Shown one piece after another: positions 24,511-33,100 of a stretch of 43,137 nt of DNA; the stretch's first letter is position 1, and each line of letters opens with the position of its first letter. This stretch comes from a bacterium (GTDB taxonomy: Bacteria; CLD3; SB21). Both the position numbers and the translations under genes were made by a program. The stretch is taken from the NCBI GenBank assembly GCA_013360215.1, contig JABWCP010000027.1, forward strand, positions 1-43,137, in the 5' to 3' direction. The notes below the pieces were generated by a model. It was not told the origin of the DNA. It was given only the letters and a program-made list of their open reading frames with translations, and did not search any database.

Positions 24511-26292
24511 TTATTCCGTTGTTCGTATGTGCAGTTCTTTCAGTTGTCGTGCATCTACGGGCGAAGGCGATTGATCCATCAGTGAAACGGCGCTATTGGT
24601 TTTAGGAAATGCGATCACATCGCGGATGGATTTCCGTCCGGCCAGAATCGCCGTCAAACGATCGAATCCCAATGCGATACCACCATGCGGGGGCACACCA
24701 TATTCAAAGGCACGCAGTAAAAATCCAAATTTGGTATCGCGATCTTCCTGTGTAAGCCCCAACGCGTCAAACATTTTATTTTGTACATCGCGGCTGTGAA
24801 TACGGATACTCCCGCCGCCGACTTCCGAACCGTTGAGTACCAGATCATACGCTTTTGCGCGCACGGCGCCGGGTTCCGAATCCATCTTCGAAAGATCCTC
24901 ATCAAACGGTGACGTAAACGGGTGGTGCATCGCATTCCAGCGTTTTTCTTCTTCATCGTACTCGAAAAGCGGAAAATCTACAACCCAAAACATCGCATAC
25001 GCATCGTCACGAATGAGCTTCAAATCCTCGGCGAGTTTTAAACGCAGTGCACCTAATGCAGACTGTACGATTTTTTCTTTGCCTGCAGCGATCAAAAGCA
25101 AATCGCCCTCTTTAGCGCCGGCCACTTCGACCATACGGCGCAACTTATCTTCGGTGAAAAATTTACCGATAGATGAGGTTATGCCCGTCGCTTCCACTTT
25201 GACCGTCGCTAAACCTAGCAGGCCGTGGTTTTTTACAAATTCAGTCAACTCATCTATTTTTTTGCGCGAAAAAGAGGACGCTTGCGATTCCACGCAAAGT
25301 AGAGCGATCGCGCCGTCTTTTTGATCAAGTACATCGTTGAAAACCTTGAACTCCGAACCGCGCACACAATCTTCGATATACGTGATGGGCATACCAAAAC
25401 GCAGATCCGGCTTATCACTGCCGTACACGCGCATCGCTTCAGAATACGGCATACGACGCAGCGGCATCGTAAGGTCTATGCCTTTGAGTTCCTTAAAAAT
25501 TTTAAACATCAGGCGTTCAATCATGCCCAGTACGTCTTCGCGTTCGACGAACGACATTTCCACGTCCACCTGCGTAAATTCCGGCTGACGGTCGGCGCGT
25601 AAGTCTTCATCACGGAAACACTTGACGATTTGAAAATAGCGATCCATACCCGACACCATCAGAAGCTGTTTGTAAATCTGCGGTGACTGGGGTAAGGCAT
25701 AAAATTTTCCGGCGTGGACGCGGCTGGGCACCAGATAATCCCGCGCGCCTTCCGGTGTGCTTTTCATCAGTACGGGTGTCTCGACTTCGACGAATTGATT
25801 TTCGGTAAAATAATTGCGTACGATTTGCGCGAGACGATGCCTCAGTACAAGCGTTTCCTGCATATACGAACGCCGCAAATCAAGGTAACGGTACTCCAAT
25901 CGCAGATCTTCATCTACTTTGAGGTTTTCATCATTGATTTCAAACGGCGGTGTTTTGGCACGGCTCATGATAGTCAGCGATTCCGCGATCACTTCGATTT
26001 CACCGGTAGGAATATTCTTATTCACCGATTCCCGGGGTGTGACGACACCCAAAACTTTGATAACAAACTCACTGCGAAGCTCTTTTGCTTTTTCGTGGGT
26101 TTCGGAAAATTTATCCGGATTAAAAACGATCTGGGTTAAGCCATAACGATCACGCAGGTCTATAAAAATGACCTGTCCCAAATCGCGACGGCGGTGAATC
26201 CATCCGATCAACGTTACTTTTTGCCCGGCATTTGCGGCACGCAGTTCACCGCATGTCGTACTGCGGTGAGCCGTATTCATAATAGCGCTCAT
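24511..26292 (-). CDS. aspS: Aspartate--tRNA ligase
   Basis: HRRRDLG.VIFIDLRDRYG, STPEGARDYLVPSR, ALPQSPQ, FRDEDLRADRQPEFTQ, HHPFT, GGGSIRIH, PPHGGIALGFDRL, DVIAFPKT. Confidence 0.98.
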   Translation of the reverse strand: MSAIMNTAHRSTTCGELRAANAGQKVTLIGWIHRRRDLGQVIFIDLRDRYGLTQIVFNPDKFSETHEKAKELRSEFVIKVLGVVTPRESVNKNIPTGEIEVIAESLTIMSRAKTPPFEINDENLKVDEDLRLEYRYLDLRRSYMQETLVLRHRLAQIVRNYFTENQFVEVETPVLMKSTPEGARDYLVPSRVHAGKFYALPQSPQIYKQLLMVSGMDRYFQIVKCFRDEDLRADRQPEFTQVDVEMSFVEREDVLGMIERLMFKIFKELKGIDLTMPLRRMPYSEAMRVYGSDKPDLRFGMPITYIEDCVRGSEFKVFNDVLDQKDGAIALLCVESQASSFSRKKIDELTEFVKNHGLLGLATVKVEATGITSSIGKFFTEDKLRRMVEVAGAKEGDLLLIAAGKEKIVQSALGALRLKLAEDLKLIRDDAYAMFWVVDFPLFEYDEEEKRWNAMHHPFTSPFDEDLSKMDSEPGAVRAKAYDLVLNGSEVGGGSIRIHSRDVQNKMFDALGLTQEDRDTKFGFLLRAFEYGVPPHGGIALGFDRLTAILAGRKSIRDVIAFPKTNSAVSLMDQSPSPVDARQLKELHIRTTE

Positions 26293-26331
26293 ACTTTCTT
26301 TGATTTCCGATCTATCTTGATAATTAAATAT

Positions 26332-26366
26332 AAAAAAAACCGCCACGCTTGGGGCGTGACGGTTTT
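26332..26366 (-). terminator. Intrinsic terminator closing the TPR/ExbBD/TonB-like operon
   Basis: Minus strand AAAACCGTCACGC-CCCAA-GCGTGGCGGTTTTTTTT just after the stop at 26387. Confidence 0.8.
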
Positions 26367-26386
26367 ATCACAATGTACGATAATGC

Positions 26387-27454
26387 TTACTTCGTGAAGA
26401 CGAACGTCTGGTTAACCGTTACGACGCCTTTTTTACCGCGCGGGAAAGTCCATCCGCGGATTTTATTGGTCACGCAATTAGCGACGGCATCGCCGACAGT
26501 ATTTTGCGTAACGCTCACACCGGAAACGCGACCCGCTTGATTGATCTTGATCGAAACGGATAACTTACCTTTAAGATCCGGTGATTTTTTTAGTTCTTTC
26601 TGATAGCACGCATTGACGGAGGTTGCGTTTTGGTCAATGACACCTTGGATTTCAGCCGCTGACGCACCTTGGCCGCCACCGGTTCCTGAGATCGATGCTT
26701 TACCGACACCGATAAGACCGCTACCGGCACTACCGGCCGCTACAGACAATGCACCGGCACCGCCAAGCTCAGCCGTGAGGTCGGAAATGCTTCCGGTTCC
26801 GCCGGCTACACCGCCCGCACCGAGCACGGTACGATCACCGCCGCCACCGGTCGCTTCACCGATACCGCCGACCTGACCTAACACCTCATCAAGATTGCCG
26901 CTACCGCCGGAGAAATCAACGGCCGCATAACGACCGCCCCCGCCGGAGCCTACAGCACCGGCTACCGCCAAAACACCACGACCTGCAGCCGCTTTGGCCG
27001 CCGCACCGGCACGGGCTGCCGCTGCAGCTTTGGCTGCGGCTGCGCGTGTAGCACGGCCTTGAGCATTCGTGGGCGCTTGCTGACGATTGATTTGCGCACT
27101 GGGAACCGCGGAAGTAGCTGTTTCTTCAGTTTTTTCTTCTTCTTTGGGTTTATCCAACTCTTCCAGAAGCGCGGCGTCCACTTTGTTGATTTTCGCAATT
27201 GCTTTCAAAAGCTTGTTGTCAAGGACAGTCGGTTTCGGGCGCGGCGGTTGCATCGCCATATAGATCAACGGCGTATAGACGACCACCAAAGAGATAAAGA
27301 AAATGCCCAGCATGCGCTTATCAAACGCAGACCAATAGCTTTTCTGAAACTCTTTTGGAAATGCAACGATACGAATATCGCGCGCCGCACCGGCCGCGCG
27401 CGCGCCGCCCGGAGGGGCTGCCGCAGCTTTAGTATTTCGTTTTACTGAATTCAT
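26387..27454 (-). CDS. TonB/TolA-like energy transducer with AgmX/PglI-type C-terminal domain (GltG-like)
   Basis: Single TM (MLGIFFISLVVVYTPLIY), Ala-rich and Gly-rich linkers, C-terminus IQGVI..SVNACYQKELKKSPDLKGKLSVSIKINQAGRV..ANCV..IRGWTFP..VNQTFVF. Confidence 0.82.
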   Translation of the reverse strand: MNSVKRNTKAAAAPPGGARAAGAARDIRIVAFPKEFQKSYWSAFDKRMLGIFFISLVVVYTPLIYMAMQPPRPKPTVLDNKLLKAIAKINKVDAALLEELDKPKEEEKTEETATSAVPSAQINRQQAPTNAQGRATRAAAAKAAAAARAGAAAKAAAGRGVLAVAGAVGSGGGGRYAAVDFSGGSGNLDEVLGQVGGIGEATGGGGDRTVLGAGGVAGGTGSISDLTAELGGAGALSVAAGSAGSGLIGVGKASISGTGGGQGASAAEIQGVIDQNATSVNACYQKELKKSPDLKGKLSVSIKINQAGRVSGVSVTQNTVGDAVANCVTNKIRGWTFPRGKKGVVTVNQTFVFTK

Positions 27455-27497
27455 TCCGGACTCCTTCTCGAGTCAATTCACAAAATTAAATTTTTTA

Positions 27498-28004
27498 TTA
27501 GATCACATCATTTTTGTTGGCTAATGCGCCTAACAAACGAAGATTAGAAAATTGGTTACGACCGCAGGTTACAACGACTTTCATAAGTACGTTGAAAGGT
27601 GTACGATCATCGCAAACCACAATCACCTCACGCTTAAACTCAATACCAAATCGCGCTTCCAAATCCAACGCTTTATTGGCATCTTCTTCAAGCTTTTCAG
27701 CAAGCTGTGGAATCAGAAATGAATTCTTTTGCGCCAGTACCGTTTCCGTGTCAGCAATCACATCTTTGTTGTAATAAATGTGTGCCTGAGAAACGTTAAT
27801 GAGCAACATCTTCTTAGGTTTGTTTTTGGTAACAATTTTCGGTGGTTGCATACCATCCGATTTCGTAGCCAAAGCACCGGAAGTGGAAAAGTTCATAAGA
27901 AGGAAGAGCAACATGATAGTCAGAATGTCCATCATGGAGTTCATATTCAGCGTACCTTCTTCGCTACGCTTATTCTTTTTTGCTGCAGATGGTTTAAATG
28001 CCAT
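27498..28004 (-). CDS. exbD: ExbD/TolR family protein (AglQ/AglS-like), conserved TM Asp retained
   Basis: LNMNSMMDILTIMLLFLL TM helix; VIVVCDDRTPFNVLMKVV. Confidence 0.88.
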   Translation of the reverse strand: MAFKPSAAKKNKRSEEGTLNMNSMMDILTIMLLFLLMNFSTSGALATKSDGMQPPKIVTKNKPKKMLLINVSQAHIYYNKDVIADTETVLAQKNSFLIPQLAEKLEEDANKALDLEARFGIEFKREVIVVCDDRTPFNVLMKVVVTCGRNQFSNLRLLGALANKNDVI

Positions 28005-28045
28005 GTAAAATATTCCTTTAGGAAACTAATTTCGGCGCCTATGGT

Positions 28046-28621
28046 TTAGATAATTATCTTACCGACACCGATATTGGCAAACCACGGTTGTTTTACTTTT
28101 TGATTACTGCTCGGATCCGAAAACTCTTTGAATTCGGAGTTGGTGATGATATCCATCGCGGTGACGATGGCCTGATACGGAATTACATCCTCTGCCGTAA
28201 TGATAATGGTTCGCTCATCTTCAAAACCCTTACCATTAATTTGTTTGACGATATCCTTCATTTTCTGTTCAAGACCTCTGAAGTCGTATTTACCGTCCGC
28301 CAACTTAGGAAGCGTCGGACCCGTAGTACCGCCTTCACCAGCCAAAACGATCGAATTTCCGGCAATCGTCATACCTTTTTCGGTAACAACTAGCTTAAGC
28401 CCGATTTTCGGTTTTTCTTTTTCAGGCTTATCATCCGCGCCGCCACCACCTCCACCACCGCTCAGCGGGGGAAGGTTTAGCTCCAAATAAGTCATTTTAA
28501 CGAATTCGGAACATTTGAGAAGCAACGGAATCAAGATACACATCATGTTCATGATGGGCCGCAGATCAAGCTCTGTGTTCTCGGCCTTAACACTCCGTCT
28601 TTGAGAGGGTTTAAATGCCAT
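28046..28621 (-). CDS. exbD: ExbD/TolR family protein (AglQ/AglS-like), Asn at the conserved TM Asp position
   Basis: ELDLRPIMNMMCILIPLLL TM helix; IIITAEDVIPYQAIVTAMD. Confidence 0.85.
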   Translation of the reverse strand: MAFKPSQRRSVKAENTELDLRPIMNMMCILIPLLLKCSEFVKMTYLELNLPPLSGGGGGGGADDKPEKEKPKIGLKLVVTEKGMTIAGNSIVLAGEGGTTGPTLPKLADGKYDFRGLEQKMKDIVKQINGKGFEDERTIIITAEDVIPYQAIVTAMDIITNSEFKEFSDPSSNQKVKQPWFANIGVGKIII

Positions 28622-28705
28622 TGTAAAACCCTTTTAAATTATAAAAGTTCTAATAAATCTTAAGTGTTGAAATCAAAACGATAATCACTCGCTAAGATAC
28701 TGTAA

Positions 28706-29491
28706 TTATTTGTTACCCGTCATCAAATTGATGAGTTTGACCATGTGTTCATCCATTTCATCAATGATTTTACCGGTTTTGGTATTGATCAATGTGTAAA
28801 CGATGATACAGGGAATAGCAACAGAAAGACCCCAGATCGTCGTTTGCATAGCGGCAGAGATACCTTTCGCGAGGAACAACGCTTTTTGATCTTCAGGCAT
28901 GGCCGGGTTACCTACGGCGGCGAAAGCGAGAATCAGACCGTACACCGTACCCATCAGACCGAAAAGTGTCGAAACGTTGGATAACATAGCGAGGTAACCG
29001 GAGCGTTCCGAGAGTTTCGGAATAATTTCGAGTGTTCCTTCGTCAACGGCATTTTGGATGGCACGAAAATCTAAAGGACCGCCTTCTTTTTCAGCTGCGC
29101 GTTTCAGACCGGCGAGCACAACCGACGGAAGAGCTTTATCTTTTGCTGTTTCGCAAAGCGCAATCGCTTTTTTGAGGTTTCCACCGGCAACCAGCTTACG
29201 AACTTCAGCCATGAATTTGTTGGCATCTACATTGGAACGCACAAAAATAAAATAAAGACGTTCCGCCATGATGGCCACGGAAAAAACACCGCAAAACGCA
29301 ATGATCCACATGTAAGTAGAACCTGCTTCTTCCCATTTGAATGACTGGAAAAATGCATCAAAGAAAATGGCTACCTGTGATTGCGATTCTTGAGGAGCCG
29401 CAGCGCCGCCGTCTTGGGCGAAAAGCGAAGAAGCCATCATTTGGGCTGTCACTGTCAAGCCTGCTGCCTTAGCCAAGATGTTCTTTTTCAT
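28706..29491 (-). CDS. exbB: MotA/TolQ/ExbB proton channel family protein (AglR-like)
   Basis: AIMAERLYF; STLFGLMGTVYGLILAFAAV; LAKGISAAMQTTIWGLSVAIP; N-terminal signal-like MKKNILAKAAGL..LFAQD; GGAGG RBS. Confidence 0.92.
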   Translation of the reverse strand: MKKNILAKAAGLTVTAQMMASSLFAQDGGAAAPQESQSQVAIFFDAFFQSFKWEEAGSTYMWIIAFCGVFSVAIMAERLYFIFVRSNVDANKFMAEVRKLVAGGNLKKAIALCETAKDKALPSVVLAGLKRAAEKEGGPLDFRAIQNAVDEGTLEIIPKLSERSGYLAMLSNVSTLFGLMGTVYGLILAFAAVGNPAMPEDQKALFLAKGISAAMQTTIWGLSVAIPCIIVYTLINTKTGKIIDEMDEHMVKLINLMTGNK

Positions 29492-29580
29492 GAATACTAA
29501 CCTCCGGTTATGTTTCAGGGTACTTTAATGAGGAATGTATAAAAAATTTCGTGATTCAGACTTAGATACGAACGGCATAC

Positions 29581-29608
29581 AATTTAAATGCTTTTGATTG
29601 AAATGCAA
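29581..29608 (-). promoter_or_regulatory. Possible internal promoter for the exbB-exbD-exbD-tonB block (TTGCAT-16-TAAATT)
   Basis: Minus-strand motif in the 130-bp AT-rich gap upstream of exbB. Confidence 0.35.
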
Positions 29609-29620
29609 GAAAATTAAAAA

Positions 29621-30103
29621 TCAATTACGCCGCTTTTTGATTATTTTATCTATTTCTTCCAGATTGACACGTTCGGAACCGACGATCGTACTTTTATCAA
29701 TCGCAGTCAAATCCAAATATCGTTTTTTAAGTTCACGTTCGTACGATTTTTGTCCGATCACTTTTTCGATTTGCGGTGAAACACGATTAGCAAAAAGCGA
29801 AACACCGGGACCTTCGGATTTTCCGCGAATGGTCGTCTTGCTGAAAAACTGCACCATGTCTCCCGTTGGCTTATAATACACTACAAGAATCGGACCCTTG
29901 GCGCCTTCCTCTTCTTTGATCGTATAGAGTTTGGCATCCGGAGGATTATTCGTGCCAAGCACGACTACGATTTGTTCACCGGCATCGTTTTCGATTACTT
30001 CCATATCCGGGTGTTTGACATCCTGTGCATTGATACGCGATGTGGCTGCGCTAAACACCAACATCGCTCCGAGGATGCACAACCAACACATTAATTTATT
30101 CAT
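29621..30103 (-). CDS. Small secreted protein, GltF/CglF-like
   Basis: Signal peptide (..SRINAQD); segment TTIRGKSEGPGVSLFANRVSPQIEKVIGQKSYERELKK resembles my recollection of the CglF pattern (I.G...P....R..P......SF..EL); position between the TPR gene and the motor genes. Confidence 0.6.
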   Translation of the reverse strand: MNKLMCWLCILGAMLVFSAATSRINAQDVKHPDMEVIENDAGEQIVVVLGTNNPPDAKLYTIKEEEGAKGPILVVYYKPTGDMVQFFSKTTIRGKSEGPGVSLFANRVSPQIEKVIGQKSYERELKKRYLDLTAIDKSTIVGSERVNLEEIDKIIKKRRN

Positions 30104-30112
30104 ACCTGCTCC

Positions 30113-33100
30113 TTACTTTCCTTTTGCGACACGTCCGCGACGGAAGAGCGTGTTTTTAAGTTCCTGTCCTTCCGGAGGCGCGGCATCCCGAATCGCCGCC
30201 GTCGGATCTTCGATTTCGGTTACTTCGAGAACGATACGGATACCATGATGTTCTTTAGGCGATTCGCGATCGTGCATCATGATTCCTAATACGTTGCGAC
30301 CTTGTGCAAAGTTTTCGATGAAAAGTTCCGTTGTTTCGAGTACATTACCGATACTGTCCGCTTCGCCCGATTCTTGTAACGCCGTGCCGACAAAGGCGCC
30401 GTTCAGATAAAACTCGTAATATCCGTCCACAGCGACATAGAGTTTGCCCGACAAAGGGCTGCCTTTAACGTTGAAGTACGTGCGGAAGTATGCCACTTTA
30501 GCCGTATCCATGATCTTATTGATCTGGTCTTGCGAATAGATCGGCTTTGCATTTGTATCCTGCATTGTAAAATCAGCCAATACATAGCGGCGCGTTATAT
30601 ACGATTGGGTGGTCGTAGTATCAGTCGTTTCGGATTCTTCCGACGGAGCTGCCGCTTCACCATTAGCATTTTCTGTCGCTGATGAATCTTGACCGCCCGT
30701 TTTTACTGTAGCAGTGTCAATCGTCGGAGGTACTTCGGGTGCTTTTTCAGGAACTAACTCTTTAGGTAATTCCGGCACTGAGAACCGCTGACCTAATCCA
30801 ATCCAAATCGGATACGCTTTATGTTCTTCTAAAATTTTGTGTCCAAGCTTCATTGTTGACGGAGGCGCGGCGGCCGCATACCATTTGCCGTCATTAAATC
30901 CTGTCGTCTGCCAGGAATCATCCGCTTTGGGCGAAGACAACCACGTTTCATAATTGGACGCGTAAAAATTGGTATACGTCTTTAGTTTCAGAAGCTTCGC
31001 ATAATACTGATCGTATTTACCAAGCAAGGCGAGAATTTTACGCAATTCAACGTTATCGGTTTGAATGATCTTATCATCCGGGCCGGTGCCGTTGGGATCG
31101 GCAACAATCTTCGCCATTTCCAATTCTTGTGCCGCACTGAATGCTTCTTCAAGCACCGACTTCGCGATTTCACGCGTAAACGTCAAGTTCTGGCTGTACG
31201 TCTGGCTGGCATCGGTATAATAAGCCATCGTTTCGTCAGCTTGGTTTTGGAAATACGTCGCTTCGTATGTCTTGTAGTATTTATCCGATGTATCCGATTC
31301 GGTATAGTTCAGCTTAGCATAATCGTATGCAAACGCAAACATTTCACGTTGAATTTGGCGTGCATCCTCTTCGCCGTACAAACCTTTTTCTTTGGCTTGG
31401 GTCACAGCTGCGGAATAACCCTTCACGGCTTTTTCACCGAAAGGTTTGGCAAATTGCGTGATATAGGTTTGCATTTCCGTCGGAATTTCATAGAAAATCG
31501 TATAGAAGTCTTTCCCGGTTTTCTTATCCACATACGTATCGCCTTTGCTTACAATTTCGCGATACTGATCGGAAAACTTTTTATACTGTTCCATCATTTG
31601 GAATGACAGTTTAGCGTACTCACCGGGTACTATCGCAGAGAAGCGAATCATATTTCGGCGGCATTCGGCCATGTATTTATCATTGATTCCGAGCGAATCC
31701 ATCTGTTTTACCGCCTCTTCATACGCTTTGATCGCTTCCTGGGCAGCCGGTGTGATCGCTTTATCCAATGTCAATTGCTGGAAAGCCGCTAGCTCCAATG
31801 ATCCGGGTTTGAATTCCGGAGGTACCGGCGCCGATTGAATCGTTTCAAAAATCAAACGTTTGGCGTCGGCTACCTGATAAAGAATGTGTGATATTTTAGA
31901 ACGGCTGAGGTCGCGGTATTGCAGCGCCATTTCTTTCTGACGGAGCAAGGAATAATCACGATCTTTAGCTGTTTTGCCTTCTGTCAAAATCTTGATAATA
32001 ATCTGCGCGCTGTCCGGCTTCGACGCATATTTCTTAGTGATCGAATCCGTCAGTTCTTTTTCATCATCCGTCAGTTTTTTATACACTTTATCTAAGAACG
32101 AACCGGCGTTGATGTACTCTTGCACAGCGGCTTTGTACACAAGCGAAGCACCGTAAAAACTTTCCGTCTGTGCTTTGACAAGCTTGGCAATGTCTTTTTC
32201 TTTTTTAAACTCACGATTGGCCAACGCGTCACCGAACTCTTCGCGTACAAGACCGCGATAGTATGCCGCCTCGTAGGTGCGATACTGCGCATAACTTGTG
32301 ATCGCGTCATAATATGTCATAAGATCTTGAACGATGGCCAGTTTCTGATCTTCTTTGAGTGTGATATTTGGTTCTTTGATCGTTACTTTTGTGAAATCTT
32401 CGTAACGCAGTTTAGCCAATTCATACACCGATTCGGACGAGAAGAATTTATTGTAATCTAATCGCTGCGCTTTCAAGTTATCGCTTTTCTTTTTGGCTTC
32501 CTGAAAAGATACGATCGCATCCGCACGGCGATTTTTCTTGAGATGGTTGACGCCTACGTCGTACAACGCCTGCACATTGCGTTTATCGTTGGGATACGCG
32601 CGCGCATACTGTGTGTATTTTTGGTACGCTTTTTCTTCATCATTAATGGCGAAGTATAATTTCGCGATATTAAAATCCAGTTCCGGCGTGTATTGTGATT
32701 TGGGGAAAAGCTTCACAAATTTTTCACTCACTCGGATCGCCTGCCGATTCAGATCTTTAGCTTCGTTACTGTCGCCTTTAGCCGCAGCCTGCTTAGAGGA
32801 TTGCTCGAAGAAATATTCGGAATTATACAGCGCTACTTCGGATGAGCGTGAGCCATCCGCATAATTAGGATAGCGGTCAACGAGCCGCTCACCGACTTGT
32901 GCCGCCGTTTTCATTTCCTTCATATCCGAATACATGTTCTGCACGTTCCATAAAGCCGCCGGTGCTTCTTTAGTATCTTTAAACGTGTCGGCATAGGCTT
33001 CAAATACGGCTATCGAACGTTTTAATTCTTTCGAATTATAGTACTCCACGCCGGAGTTGAACATCGCTATAGCCAGTTCATTACGCTTACCGTAACCAAG

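Noticed and set aside
24511-26292. Calling AspRS discriminating versus non-discriminating from RRDLG
   Set aside because: This single residue is not reliably diagnostic across lineages.
26387-29491. Canonical Tol-Pal or TonB iron-uptake locus
   Set aside because: No tolB, pal or TonB-dependent receptor; two ExbDs, an AgmX/PglI-type C-terminal domain and large TPR partners fit the Agl-Glt-like class better.
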